Source: Bacteroidaceae bacterium (GTDB taxonomy: Bacteria > Bacteroidota > Bacteroidia > Bacteroidales > Bacteroidaceae). From it: DNA of 64,000 bases. Below, one piece after another: positions 7,624 through 17,961 of the stretch. Where the stretch lies: contig JAKSIP010000011.1 of NCBI GenBank assembly GCA_024398715.1, positions 880 to 64,879 of the forward strand, in the 5' to 3' direction. The stretch's first letter is position 1; every line of letters begins with the position of its first letter. Made by a program: the position numbers and the translations under genes. The notes beneath the pieces were generated by a model. It ran no database searches and was not told the DNA's origin. It was given only the letters and a program-made list of their open reading frames with translations.

Positions 7624-9222
7624 ATGTCTTTGAACAATTATAAAGGTCATGTTGTAAATCTGTTTGACAGATCTGTTACAGATGCGCGGATTGTGGTGGA
7701 AGATGGTAGAATAGCGTCCATTACACCATGTCCAGTAGCTGCCGATGCCCCATATTATCTGCCCGGGTTCATTGATGCGCATGTTCACATTGAGAGTTCC
7801 ATGATGCTGCCGCAGGAATTCGCGCGCATTGCAAAACGTCACGGTACGGTAGGTGTGGTGTGTGATCCTCATGAGATTGCAAATGTGTTGGGAGTGCCTG
7901 GTGTGGAACTGATGCTTGACAACGCAAAGCAGACCGAGTTTTACTTTGGGTTCGGTGCTCCGAGCTGTGTTCCCAGTTGCGGCCCTGACATTGAGACAGG
8001 CGGACAAACGCTTGACAGTAATGCGGTGGCATCGCTTCTTGAACGCCCTGACATTTATATCCTGTCTGAAATGATGAACTTTCCGGGAGTCCTTAACGGT
8101 GATTCCCAGGTTATGGCAAAGATTGATGCTGCAAAGCGGATTGGAAAACCGATAGACGGACATGCACCCGGTCTGCGCGGTGAGGAACGCCGGCGTTATG
8201 CGGCTGCGGGAATAACTACTGATCATGAATGTTCCCAGTTGGACGAGGCGCAGAGTGCAATCGATGCCGGAATGAAAATCCAGATCCGTCAGGGCTCTGC
8301 CGCCAAGAACTACAAGGCTCTTTCTCCACTCATTGCAGAGTGTCCCGATATGCTTATGTTCTGCACAGACGATGCTCATCCCACAGATTATGTCAAGGGA
8401 CATATCAACAGCATAGTGAGCAGTGCCATAGCTGACGGTTTCCCTATCATGGATGTGTTGCGCATAGCGTGCCTGAATCCTGTTCTGCACTACAAACTTC
8501 CGGTAGGATTGCTCAGAGTTGGCGACAGTGCGGACTTTATTGCAGTATCAAGTCTGAAGCCTGATTTCAAAGTTCTTGCAACATATATACACGGAAATCT
8601 TCAGGCCGATGTCAAAAGCGGCGGTTTTGAATTGCAGGACTGGCATAGCCCGTGTGCAGCGCATGGCATAAAGGCGGAAGACATTCTCTATAAAGGAGAT
8701 ATTTCCGGACCTATACCCCAGATAGTGGCTACAGACGGTTCTCTTATAACAGACTGGTATTCCGGTCCCGTAGATGAACATTCACAGAAACTGGTATCGT
8801 ATAACCGTTATACTGCCGGAGCCATGCCGCAGGTTGCATATATCCGTGGTTTTGAAATACTGAACGGTGCAATAGCGCAGACAATAGCGCATGACTGCCA
8901 TAATATAATTGCAATAGGCTCTGATGACAGATTGATTGCTGATATGATTAACCGCGTTATCTCAATGCGTGGTGGCATTGCTGCAACCAATGGCAGAGAT
9001 ACGGTGGCATTGCCGTTGCCAATTGGCGGCATTCTGTCTGATTTGTCCGGTGACGAACTTTCGGATATCAATCTGCGCCTGGAACAGATAGTACGTGAAA
9101 CCGGCTGCAGGTTCAATTCTCCGTTCATCACATTGAGTATCATGTCTCTCCCTGTTATTCCGCGTCTTAAGCTGACGGACAAGGGATTGTTTGACGGCGG
9201 CACATTTACGTTCGTAAGTTAG
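7624..9222 (+). CDS. ade: Adenine deaminase
   Basis: 532 aa. N-terminal amidohydrolase motif PGFIDAHVHIESSMM and full-length resemblance to Ade. Confidence 0.9.
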   Translation: MSLNNYKGHVVNLFDRSVTDARIVVEDGRIASITPCPVAADAPYYLPGFIDAHVHIESSMMLPQEFARIAKRHGTVGVVCDPHEIANVLGVPGVELMLDNAKQTEFYFGFGAPSCVPSCGPDIETGGQTLDSNAVASLLERPDIYILSEMMNFPGVLNGDSQVMAKIDAAKRIGKPIDGHAPGLRGEERRRYAAAGITTDHECSQLDEAQSAIDAGMKIQIRQGSAAKNYKALSPLIAECPDMLMFCTDDAHPTDYVKGHINSIVSSAIADGFPIMDVLRIACLNPVLHYKLPVGLLRVGDSADFIAVSSLKPDFKVLATYIHGNLQADVKSGGFELQDWHSPCAAHGIKAEDILYKGDISGPIPQIVATDGSLITDWYSGPVDEHSQKLVSYNRYTAGAMPQVAYIRGFEILNGAIAQTIAHDCHNIIAIGSDDRLIADMINRVISMRGGIAATNGRDTVALPLPIGGILSDLSGDELSDINLRLEQIVRETGCRFNSPFITLSIMSLPVIPRLKLTDKGLFDGGTFTFVS

Positions 9223-10394
9223 GAACCGGGAAAGTATTCTGCGAACCGGTTGGCCATTGAAATGTAATAATCCCTGTTGGGCCAGAGTCTTTCATCCGCA
9301 ATCTTGCGCACACCGTCTATGACTTCTTGTGGAAATGAACCCAAGGCTACCCACGATATACTGCGTACAATGGCGGCTGCGCTGATAATACGGTCATATT
9401 CATTTACAACGCTTTCATCCTCAGTCCCCAAATATGCCTTGAGCATCTCAAGCCAGAAATCACCGCTCATGGACTCGGGAAACCCCACAATCTGTTCAAA
9501 ACCGTCTCCCATATGGAAGGTGGAACTGGTGTGGGACAATTCAACAAGAGGGTTACCATAACTTACCTCGCCCATATCTATCAGAATCAGCTCCTGGTTG
9601 CCGGGTTCTCCTTTTATCATAACATTCTTGGGGTGGCAGTCATTATGCAGCAGTGAATTGCCTTGCGGTATTTTTGATAATATGAATTTCATCAGTTCAA
9701 CCTGTTCCGGTTTGAAATGGCGGGCAATCCTGTCAATATCGCCAGTCTGGATTCCTATTGCATCGGGCAGAGTGTCTTGCGGAACTTTTATGGAGTGCAT
9801 GTTGCGCAGCAGTTCTCCAAACATTCTGGCATAATGGCGGTAATTCTCACGGTCCTGGTTGATTGCCGCACCAAGCGTACCGGCCGCAATCAGTTCGGTA
9901 ACCAGACCGTAGCTCCCGGTTTCTTCTACCAATACAATGTCATAGGGAATGGCTGTAGGCATACCAAGAACGAAAGCCTCTTGTGCCATTTTTCTTTCGC
10001 GTTCAGGAATTTCCATTCCGCAATCTGCTGGGAATACCTTTATTATGGTGTCATTGTCCAGTCTGTAGATAATTCCCACACCACCGCGTGCTATCTCCGG
10101 ACATCCTGCTATGCTTATGCGGCGTAGAGCTTTACGGATGGTCATGATTCGCGAAAAACCGGTCATCTCGAATACGCTGTACACATCGGCTGAAACGTTG
10201 GCAAGTTCCAGATTGTCATACATCTTTTTGTATTTAAGAATAATGCGGAGACCTGTTGATGATATGTATTTCAGTTCTTTGCAGTCAAAGACCAGGCCGG
10301 TGACGGCATCAGCAGTGATTTGCTCTTCAATCTCTTTTTCTACAACAAGAGCATTTGCTGTGTCTATGCGCCCTTTCAGTTCTATTGTTACCAT
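9219..10394 (-). CDS. STAS-domain / aminoglycoside-phosphotransferase-type kinase fusion protein
   Basis: The N-terminal ~100 aa are anti-sigma-antagonist-like (KYISSTGLRIIL). The C-terminal domain has the kinase motif HNDCHPKN (HxDxxxxN) and IDMGE. Confidence 0.75.
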   Translation of the reverse strand: MVTIELKGRIDTANALVVEKEIEEQITADAVTGLVFDCKELKYISSTGLRIILKYKKMYDNLELANVSADVYSVFEMTGFSRIMTIRKALRRISIAGCPEIARGGVGIIYRLDNDTIIKVFPADCGMEIPERERKMAQEAFVLGMPTAIPYDIVLVEETGSYGLVTELIAAGTLGAAINQDRENYRHYARMFGELLRNMHSIKVPQDTLPDAIGIQTGDIDRIARHFKPEQVELMKFILSKIPQGNSLLHNDCHPKNVMIKGEPGNQELILIDMGEVSYGNPLVELSHTSSTFHMGDGFEQIVGFPESMSGDFWLEMLKAYLGTEDESVVNEYDRIISAAAIVRSISWVALGSFPQEVIDGVRKIADERLWPNRDYYISMANRFAEYFPGS

Positions 10395-10397
10395 TGT

Positions 10398-11006
10398 TTA
10401 CCGTTCAGTTCTGTCTGAATTGTTAAGCTTGCGGATTACCCTTGCCGGATTGCCTACGGCTAAAGAATCTGCCGGAATGTCCTTTACTACAACTGCTCCT
10501 GCACCTATTACGCAGCGGTCTCCTATGGTTACGCCAGGACAGATTGTAACACCTCCGCCTATCCAGCACCGTTCACCAATGTGCACAGGTTTGCAGTATT
10601 CCCATTTGTCACGTTCGTCGGCATCGAGCGGATGACCGGCAGTAAATATGTTCACGTTGGGTGCAATGAGTGTTTTCTTTCCGATATACACGCCGCCGCC
10701 GTCAAGAATTGTACAGCCGAAATTTATCCATACTCCCTGTTCTGCAAAGATAAGATTGCCGTAGTCACACTGGAAGGGCGGTTCAACGTACACATCGTCT
10801 GCTGAATTGGACAACAGTTCGCGGGTAATGCTGTACATGGTAGGTTCGTGATACTCCGTAATATTGAGCCTGCGCAACAGTTTCTTTACCTCGTCGCGGT
10901 ATTCGTACATTTCCGGAGTATGGGCGTTGTAAGGACGTCCGGCCTGCATGTTCTCAAGTTCAACTTTAAGTGCAGGCAATTTTTCCAATGCTTCACGTCT
11001 TGTCAT
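10398..11006 (-). CDS. Maltose/galactoside O-acetyltransferase family (hexapeptide repeat)
   Basis: Track ORF extends to 11084. ATG 11006 (MTRREALEKL) overlaps the ispG stop by 1 nt (TAATG). Left-handed beta-helix repeats read GERCWIGGGVTICPGVTIGDRCVIGAGAVV. Confidence 0.85.
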   Translation of the reverse strand: MTRREALEKLPALKVELENMQAGRPYNAHTPEMYEYRDEVKKLLRRLNITEYHEPTMYSITRELLSNSADDVYVEPPFQCDYGNLIFAEQGVWINFGCTILDGGGVYIGKKTLIAPNVNIFTAGHPLDADERDKWEYCKPVHIGERCWIGGGVTICPGVTIGDRCVIGAGAVVVKDIPADSLAVGNPARVIRKLNNSDRTER

Positions 11007-12871
11007 TATTGTAGGTGGTCTTGGTTTATCAGTTCTAAAAGGCGGTCGGTTGCCTCGGACTCGGGAATGTTCTTCAGGATACACTCCTTTCCGCGGTAAA
11101 GGCTAATGCGTCCCACTCCGGCGCCAACGTAGCCGTAGTCGGCATCGGCCATCTCTCCAGGACCGTTCACAATGCAGCCCATAATGGCAATCTTAAGACT
11201 TTTCAGATGTGCGGTGGCTGCTTTTACGCGCTCAATCGTATCTTCAAGATTGTATAGTGTGCGTCCGCAACCCGGACATGAAATGTATTCGGTTCTGGTA
11301 ATGCGGCTGCCTGTTGCCTGCAGTATGCCGAAAGAAAGTTCTTCAATATCGGAGTGACTGACAGAGGAGTTCATGTTGAGAATCTGAATTCCGTCTGCAA
11401 GGCCGTCAAGAAGCAGCACACCAAGGTCTGCTGCACTCTTTATGCGCAAGGTGTTCAGGTCTGTCTCCTGATAAACTTCAAACATGACAATGGGGTTTTC
11501 TATTCCCATATTCATCAGATTGAAGGCGATGGCGCGGTGCTCTGCCATGGAGTTGATGTTGTTGCTCTGGCTTACTACCACAATCTCGGGGTGGCGGCGC
11601 AACAGCTCCGCCTGATCATTGTCAAATGCCATGTAGTTTACAAACAGGAATTTGACAGGTGCAGGGCATTCGTCAATATCCACAGGAAAATAGTTGTCTC
11701 CGAAACCTACAAAGGCAGGGTAGAGCCCGGTCTTGTCCTTTGCCATGACCCATGCCGGAAAATCTGCAATAAGCGGTACAGCCGGTCTTTGTTCCGGAAT
11801 AGAGGAACCTACATAGAAGTAGTCCGGCATTGTTGCCGTACTTTCCGAACCGGCAGGCTCCCACGCTGCTGTAACCAGAGAACTTATTACAACCGGAGGA
11901 TTGCTGCCTCCAATGTTCGCTACGGCTTTTGTTATGCGGCGCGCGGGATAGATGTAGTCAAAGCTTGCCGGAGTATCGGCAAAGACCGGTGTGTGTCCGG
12001 CGCGCTTGACAATATAATCGCGCAGCAGTCTGGCTACAGGAATCTCTTTGTATGGAGTCTCGGAAAGCGATACACGTATGGTGTCTCCAATACCGTCTGC
12101 AAGCAATGCTCCGATTCCAACGGCACTTTTTATACGTCCGTCCTGACCGTTGCCGGCCTCGGTGACACCAAGGTGGAGCGGAAAATCCATTCCCTCTTTT
12201 TCCATGGTCCGGACAAGCAGACGCACTGTCTGTACCATGACGGCCGTGTTGCTGGCCTTTATGGATATCACGACATTAAAGAAATTCTCCTCTACGCAGA
12301 TGCGCAGAAATTCCATGCAACTCTCAACCATGCCGGCAGGGGTGTTGCCATAGTGACTCATAATGCGGTCGGACAGCGAACCGTGGTTGACGCCGATACG
12401 TATGGCGGTATTGTTTTCCTTGCAGATATTCAGGAAAGGAACAAAACGGTCACGTATGCGCTGCAACTCTGCCTGATACTCTTGCGGAGTATATTCCAAG
12501 TGCTTGAATGTGCGTGCCGGATCGACATAGTTTCCCGGATTTATGCGCACTTTTTCTGCATAGAGGGCGGCCACATCGGCAGCTGCGGGATTGAAATGCA
12601 CATCGGCTACAAGGGGTGTCATGTAACCGCGGCTGCGCAGTTCCTGATTGATGTTCATCAGATTCTGTGCCTCGCGCTGTCCCTGTGTAGTCAGACGCAC
12701 CAGTTCTCCGCCAGCTTCAATGATTTCTATTGCCTGGTTTACACAACCTGCCGTATCTGTTGTGGCGGTGGTTGTCATTGACTGCAGGCGTATGGGATTG
12801 TCTCCTCCTATACCGATGCCGCCAACCTGTACGCTGCGGCTGGTCCTTCTTCTATAGTTCAGTAAGTCCAC
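11006..12871 (-). CDS. ispG: 4-hydroxy-3-methylbut-2-en-1-yl diphosphate synthase (long form)
   Basis: 621 aa with GcpE motifs (NPIRLQSMT, RINPGN, ISCPGCGRT) and the large insert typical of the Bacteroidetes form. The start appears to be GTG. Confidence 0.9.
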   Translation of the reverse strand: MDLLNYRRRTSRSVQVGGIGIGGDNPIRLQSMTTTATTDTAGCVNQAIEIIEAGGELVRLTTQGQREAQNLMNINQELRSRGYMTPLVADVHFNPAAADVAALYAEKVRINPGNYVDPARTFKHLEYTPQEYQAELQRIRDRFVPFLNICKENNTAIRIGVNHGSLSDRIMSHYGNTPAGMVESCMEFLRICVEENFFNVVISIKASNTAVMVQTVRLLVRTMEKEGMDFPLHLGVTEAGNGQDGRIKSAVGIGALLADGIGDTIRVSLSETPYKEIPVARLLRDYIVKRAGHTPVFADTPASFDYIYPARRITKAVANIGGSNPPVVISSLVTAAWEPAGSESTATMPDYFYVGSSIPEQRPAVPLIADFPAWVMAKDKTGLYPAFVGFGDNYFPVDIDECPAPVKFLFVNYMAFDNDQAELLRRHPEIVVVSQSNNINSMAEHRAIAFNLMNMGIENPIVMFEVYQETDLNTLRIKSAADLGVLLLDGLADGIQILNMNSSVSHSDIEELSFGILQATGSRITRTEYISCPGCGRTLYNLEDTIERVKAATAHLKSLKIAIMGCIVNGPGEMADADYGYVGAGVGRISLYRGKECILKNIPESEATDRLLELINQDHLQ

Positions 12872-12879
12872 AGTAACAA

Positions 12880-13386
12880 TCAGTTTGTCTTGTATGCAAA
12901 TTTTATCTCTGCAAGTTCTGCATTCGCTTTCTCTATCTTTGATTTGAGTGAGCTTTTGTAATCCGCCATGCGTGCTGCAAGTTCCGCATCGGACAAGGAA
13001 ATGATCTGTGCTGCCAGAATGGCCGCGTTCTGGGCTCCGTTTACACCTACTGTAGCAACCGGAATTCCGGGAGGCATCTGGATGATTGAAAGCATGGCGT
13101 CCAAACCGTCAAGCATACCTTTGATGGGAACACCGATTACAGGCACGTTTGTGTTTGCCGCAATAACGCCTGGCAGGGCTGCCGCCATACCTGCTGCCGC
13201 AATGATTACTTTGATGCCGCGTTGCTGTGCATTGGAGGCAAATTCTTCAACAGCCTGCGGCGTACGGTGTGCGGAGAGAGCGTTAATTTCAAACGGAATC
13301 TGCATGTCGTCAAGAAACTTGGCCGCTTTTTCCATGACAGGCAGATCTGATGTACTGCCCATAATAATTGATACAACTGGTTTCAT
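12880..13386 (-). CDS. purE: 5-(carboxyamino)imidazole ribonucleotide mutase
   Basis: 168 aa with IIMGSTSDLPVM, SAHRTP and AAGMAAALPGV. Confidence 0.92.
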   Translation of the reverse strand: MKPVVSIIMGSTSDLPVMEKAAKFLDDMQIPFEINALSAHRTPQAVEEFASNAQQRGIKVIIAAAGMAAALPGVIAANTNVPVIGVPIKGMLDGLDAMLSIIQMPPGIPVATVGVNGAQNAAILAAQIISLSDAELAARMADYKSSLKSKIEKANAELAEIKFAYKTN

Positions 13387-13404
13387 TATATTTCAATTTT
13401 GAAT

Positions 13405-14868
13405 CTATACTGTTTTGCGGCGCAACCGTGCAACCGGAATTCCCAGCGCGGTGCGGTATTTTACAACTGTGCGGCGTGCTACCTGGAAACCTTTTGCATT
13501 GAGAATATCCACAATCTGCTGGTCAGTGAGCGGACATGCCGGGTCCTCATTCCCAATAATCTCTTTGATCAGGTTGTGTATGTGACGTACTGAAACTTCA
13601 AGCCCGTCATCGCCTTTTTTACCGTCGGTAAAGAAGAACTTCAGCGGAAGAATACCCCAGTCTGTCTGCATATACTTGCCTGCGCATGCACGTGAAACGG
13701 TCGATATGTCCAGCCCTGTAAACTCTGCAACATCTTTCAGGACCATAGGCTTGAGGTGTGACTCATCTGCGTCAAGGAAGTAATGGCGCTGTATTGCTGT
13801 AATGGCACGCATTACCTTTGTAAGCGTGTTCTGACGCTGCTGTACGGCCTGGATGAACCCTTTGGCGGCATCGATTTTCTGTTTAAGGAACAGCGCTGCA
13901 TCTTTGTCTCTTGTGTTTTTGCTTTGTGACTGTTCTTCCAGCATCTGCTCAAACTCGCTGCTGATCTTCAGAACAGGGGTATGGGCATTGTTCAGACTGA
14001 AAGAAATATTGCTACCCTGTACGTCTACAATAAAATCGGGAGTAATGCTGATATTGTTTGTTCCGTTTGTTCCCATTGAACTGCCTGGCAAGGGATTGAG
14101 ATGCGTAAGCATATTCAGTACAGCTCTGGATTCTTCCTGCGAAACGGAAAGCTGGTCGGTGATTTTGTCCCAATGCTTGCCGATAAAATCCTGAAACATT
14201 CCGGTTACAACCTTTTCCCCCAAAAGAAGAATCTTATTGTTTGGAGATGTTTCAAGTTTCCGTTCTATCTGTAACAGCAGACATTCCTGCAGGTCTTTGG
14301 CTCCAATCCCGGCAGGATCAAGACTCTTTATGACGGAAATGATTTTTTCAATATGATCAGGGGTTACATCGATGTAGTGATATACTTCCAGTTCATATGC
14401 AATTTCAGATGCGTCCTTCTGCAGATATCCGCTGTTTTCCAGACTCGCGGCTATATATTCCGCAATAATCATGTCCTGACTGTCAAGTTCCAACTCTTTC
14501 AACTGGTCTTTGATCAAGTCCAGGAATGATTCACCGCCTGTAACGGTTGACTCAATCCAGTTGTTTGACGGGTTTCCTTGAGATTCGTTGTCCTGATAAT
14601 CGTCAGAACCGTAGTCGTAGTCCGAACCGCTGTATGAATCTGTCTGAGACGGGTCTTCCTGGTTGTTGTCCTGATTCTGGAAGTCTTCCTGGTCTGACGC
14701 TTCTTCCTGGTCAAAAGCCGGGTTGTCCTGCAACTCTCCGCGGATGCGTTCTTCCAATTCAGGTGATGTGAGTTCCAGTATACGGACCTCCAGCAACTGC
14801 TGCGGGGTCAGTACTTGAATACCAACCTGCTCCTGAGTCTGAATCTGGGTTTGAACGTTACCTGCCAT
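13405..14868 (-). CDS. rpoN: RNA polymerase sigma-54 factor
   Basis: C-terminal RpoN box ARRTVVKYR and an acidic/Q-rich region II. The track start at 14874 is a TTG, so I use ATG 14868 (MAGNVQ). Confidence 0.9.
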   Translation of the reverse strand: MAGNVQTQIQTQEQVGIQVLTPQQLLEVRILELTSPELEERIRGELQDNPAFDQEEASDQEDFQNQDNNQEDPSQTDSYSGSDYDYGSDDYQDNESQGNPSNNWIESTVTGGESFLDLIKDQLKELELDSQDMIIAEYIAASLENSGYLQKDASEIAYELEVYHYIDVTPDHIEKIISVIKSLDPAGIGAKDLQECLLLQIERKLETSPNNKILLLGEKVVTGMFQDFIGKHWDKITDQLSVSQEESRAVLNMLTHLNPLPGSSMGTNGTNNISITPDFIVDVQGSNISFSLNNAHTPVLKISSEFEQMLEEQSQSKNTRDKDAALFLKQKIDAAKGFIQAVQQRQNTLTKVMRAITAIQRHYFLDADESHLKPMVLKDVAEFTGLDISTVSRACAGKYMQTDWGILPLKFFFTDGKKGDDGLEVSVRHIHNLIKEIIGNEDPACPLTDQQIVDILNAKGFQVARRTVVKYRTALGIPVARLRRKTV

Positions 14869-14870
14869 AA

Positions 14871-16538
14871 TCAATAATGGAAACTGCTTCCACCTATAAA
14901 TTCACGCAAAAGGGAATTTTGGGGTATCTGCTTTTCTGTAATGGAATTGAATAGACGCAGGAATCTCAGCAAATGTCCGGCTGTAACGTATTCAATACAG
15001 TTTTCAGGTACGTTCTCCAGAATAGGAATAATGCGGTCCTTCAAAACTGCCAGCTCAAACAGTAGGGCGGAATTGACCATTACATCGGCCCTTTCCTGAT
15101 AGGGAAGTATCCATTTGTCCTCTCCGGCACGTACGGACGGCCAACGTCCGATAGTCTCTACTGCCGATGTACCGCGATACTGGTAGTCACGCAGAATACG
15201 GCGTAGCAGTCGGTTGTCTGTGGGGTGGATATAGTTATGATTGTCAATTCTGAGCGATGTCAGCGCCGAGACGAATATGTTGAACTTGTACTTGTCAGGA
15301 ATGGCCTTTGTCAGTTCCGGGTTAAGGGCGTGAATGCCTTCCACTATAAGAACCTGATTGTCTTTGAGCTGTACGGTGTTTCCAAGATACTCCTGTTTGC
15401 CGGCAGCAAAGTTGTACGTTGGAACCTTGACTTCTTTTCCTTCAATGATACTGTTCAAATCTTTCCCTAACTGGTCCAGGTCAAGTGCATGCAGTGATTC
15501 AAAATCCAATTGCCCGTTTTCATCGACAGGTCCGGTGCCGCGTTCCTTGTAATAGTCGTCCAGGGACAGGATTTTTGGAGTGATATTGTTGGCAAGCAGC
15601 TGAATCTGCAGTTTTTTGCTGAATGTGGTCTTTCCGGACGATGACGGTCCTGCTATCAGAATCATTTTGACCGGGCGTTCCCCGCTTGAACGGAGATTGT
15701 GTACAGTATCGGCAATATTGACGAATTTTTTGTTTTGCAGCGCTTCTGACACATTGATTATTGTAGCGCTTTTACCTTCTTTGCCGGCTTTGTTCAAATC
15801 TCCAATATTTGATATGCCAACAGTTTTTTGCCATTGGGTAAGTTCGTTGTTGATGGCAAACATTTTATCCTGGTTGCAGCAAGGCTCAATCTTTTTGCAG
15901 TCATATCTGTCAGGAACCAGTATGAGCACGCCATTGTGGTCTTTCTTCAGTTGGAACAGTTCCAAGGCGTCCGTGTTTACGGGCATAATGCCGAAATATG
16001 AGTCGGAATAATCTTCTAACGAGTAGTAATAGGAGTAAATGCTGCCGGTTGTTTCCAGAAGATTTGCGGCATCGGTCCTTCCGTTCCTGTTAAGAATCTC
16101 TATTACTTTTTCCGTGAAATCACGGTGTTTCTTTATTGGAAGTCCTGCCTTGACAAGTTCCTGCATGTGTTCTTGAACCGATTGTATGTCAATATCAGCC
16201 ACTGAATCATTATGCGTGACAGAACACCATATTCCATAAGTCATAGATGTGGTGTCGGTGATTGCAACCTGCGGGTAAAGATCCTTCAACGCTTTTGCAA
16301 ACAGAATAAGCACTCCCTGTGCATATATTCTTCTGACCGATGCCGTAGTGATATCCAGATACCAGACTGTTGAATTTTCTGTAAGGACATAATTCAGGTC
16401 TCTTATCTGATTGTTTACAATGGCGCAGATGGGCTTATATTCCATTTTGAGGTTAAATCTGTCCATTATTTGAAAAAGAGTCCTGCCTTCTTCTATTGTT
16501 TCAGTTATTTTGTTATTTTTGCAACAGATTTCAATCAT
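14871..16538 (-). CDS. Uridine-kinase-family nucleoside kinase with N-terminal TGS-like extension
   Basis: P-loop GPSSSGKTTF and a PRK/uridine-kinase-like C-terminal half. Its stop lies 2 nt upstream of the rpoN ATG. Confidence 0.75.
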   Translation of the reverse strand: MIEICCKNNKITETIEEGRTLFQIMDRFNLKMEYKPICAIVNNQIRDLNYVLTENSTVWYLDITTASVRRIYAQGVLILFAKALKDLYPQVAITDTTSMTYGIWCSVTHNDSVADIDIQSVQEHMQELVKAGLPIKKHRDFTEKVIEILNRNGRTDAANLLETTGSIYSYYYSLEDYSDSYFGIMPVNTDALELFQLKKDHNGVLILVPDRYDCKKIEPCCNQDKMFAINNELTQWQKTVGISNIGDLNKAGKEGKSATIINVSEALQNKKFVNIADTVHNLRSSGERPVKMILIAGPSSSGKTTFSKKLQIQLLANNITPKILSLDDYYKERGTGPVDENGQLDFESLHALDLDQLGKDLNSIIEGKEVKVPTYNFAAGKQEYLGNTVQLKDNQVLIVEGIHALNPELTKAIPDKYKFNIFVSALTSLRIDNHNYIHPTDNRLLRRILRDYQYRGTSAVETIGRWPSVRAGEDKWILPYQERADVMVNSALLFELAVLKDRIIPILENVPENCIEYVTAGHLLRFLRLFNSITEKQIPQNSLLREFIGGSSFHY

Positions 16539-16563
16539 GACTGTCGGTTTTTGTTTGCTTCTG

Positions 16564-16571
16564 CAAATATA
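16564..16571 (-). promoter_or_regulatory. Candidate -7 box (TATATTTG on the minus strand)
   Basis: CAAATATA on the plus strand, 25 nt upstream of ATG 16538. Confidence 0.35.
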
Positions 16572-16639
16572 GCAAATCCGGACAAATGGATGTCATGTTG
16601 TTTTTGAAAAGATATACAAACATCAAAATTATAATTAAA

Positions 16640-17503
16640 ATGAAAGTAAAAAATCTTTTTGTAGCACTGCTTGCTGTTGCAGCAGTTTCTTCATGTACCA
16701 GCGGTAAACCTGGAAAGACAGTTTTCAACAACAAGGTTGACTCTGTATCATATGCAATCGGTATGGCCCGTTCCAACGGTTTCCTTCCTTATCTGTACAA
16801 CCAGATGAATGTGGACTCAGCATATTTCAACGATTTTTTGCGCGGATTCTATGAGGGCGCATCCAAAAGCGATGACAAAGCTTTGATTGCATATATGGCT
16901 GGTCTTCAGATTGGTCAGAGTGAGGTAGGTAACATGTGCGTCAACATTTCCAGCCAGCTTTTCGGCGAGGACTCCAACCTTTCCATGAACGTAAGCAATT
17001 ATCTTAACGGTTTCATTGACGGAACAAACGAGGATACAAAGATTATGGACCGTGCAGAGGCAGAGAATGTTGCTGACCGTCTGTTTGAAGAAATCCGTTC
17101 TGAAAATATGGAACTCCAGTATGGTGCACTCAGAGATGCCGGCGTTGAATTTCTTGCAAACAAAGCTAAAGAAGACGGTGTTGTAGCTACCGGCAGCGGT
17201 TTGCTTTACAAAGTCATCAAACAGGGTAAAGGTAAGAAACCGGCTTCAAACAGCCAGGTTAAGGTAAAATATAAAGGCTCTCTTATTGACGGAACTGTAT
17301 TTGACGAATCTTCAGAGCCTATCACTCTTTCAGTTGGCGGTGTTATTGCTGGCTGGACAGAGGCTCTGCAGCTTATGAACGAAGGTTCAAAATGGGAACT
17401 CTATATTCCTTACGAGCTTGGTTATGGCGAGCGTGGCGCAGGTGAAAAAATCAAACCTTTCTCAGCACTTGTATTTGAGGTAGAGCTTGTATCTATTCTC
17501 TAA
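16640..17503 (+). CDS. FKBP-type peptidyl-prolyl isomerase, Mip/FkpA-like lipoprotein
   Basis: ATG 16640 gives MKVKNLFVALLAVAAVSSC. The FKBP C-domain reads VKYKGSLIDGTVFD...GWTEALQLM...YELGYGERG. Confidence 0.88.
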   Translation: MKVKNLFVALLAVAAVSSCTSGKPGKTVFNNKVDSVSYAIGMARSNGFLPYLYNQMNVDSAYFNDFLRGFYEGASKSDDKALIAYMAGLQIGQSEVGNMCVNISSQLFGEDSNLSMNVSNYLNGFIDGTNEDTKIMDRAEAENVADRLFEEIRSENMELQYGALRDAGVEFLANKAKEDGVVATGSGLLYKVIKQGKGKKPASNSQVKVKYKGSLIDGTVFDESSEPITLSVGGVIAGWTEALQLMNEGSKWELYIPYELGYGERGAGEKIKPFSALVFEVELVSIL

Positions 17504-17952
17504 TGGATTCTTTAGACAAGAAAATACTTGGCATTATATCTCAGAATGCCAGAATCCCATTTCGCGATGTTGCACAGCAATGCGGGGTATCCCGTGCGGC
17601 TGTGCATCAGCGTGTGGGTAAAATGTACGACGAGAATATAATCACCGGCTCCGGCTATCATGTCAATCCCAAACTTTTGGGATACAATACATGTACTTTT
17701 GTAGGTATGACACTGGAGAAAGGCTCGTTGTACAGACAGGTTGTTGAAGAACTCAACGCAATTCCAGAGGTTGTTGAGTGCCATTTTACAACCGGCAGGT
17801 ATACAATGATGATTAAGTTGTATGCTCGTGACAATGCACACCTTATGGAATTGATAAACGGGAAAATCCAAAGCATTCCCGGTGTGATGGCAACCGATAC
17901 TCTGATTTCTCTTGATCAGAGCATTGGAAAGGAAATTCCTATAAAAGAATAA
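17503..17952 (+). CDS. Lrp/AsnC family transcriptional regulator
   Basis: 149 aa with an HTH (LDKKILGIISQNARIPFRDVAQQCGVSRAAVHQRV) and a RAM/AsnC_trans_reg domain. There is a TAATG overlap with the upstream FKBP gene. Confidence 0.88.
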   Translation: MDSLDKKILGIISQNARIPFRDVAQQCGVSRAAVHQRVGKMYDENIITGSGYHVNPKLLGYNTCTFVGMTLEKGSLYRQVVEELNAIPEVVECHFTTGRYTMMIKLYARDNAHLMELINGKIQSIPGVMATDTLISLDQSIGKEIPIKE

Positions 17953-17961
17953 TATTTCTCT

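Noticed and set aside
11354-12781. 475-aa plus-strand ORF
   Set aside because: It is entirely antisense to the well-supported ispG, with a Cys/Arg/His-rich low-complexity translation. It is a shadow ORF. The same reasoning applies to 7507..8490 (in ade), 17512..18186 (lrp/C26), 28296..28916 (dapB/pckA), 31673..32299 and 32112..32636 (korA), 42923..43468 (ABC exporter) and 55823..56368 (oxidoreductase).
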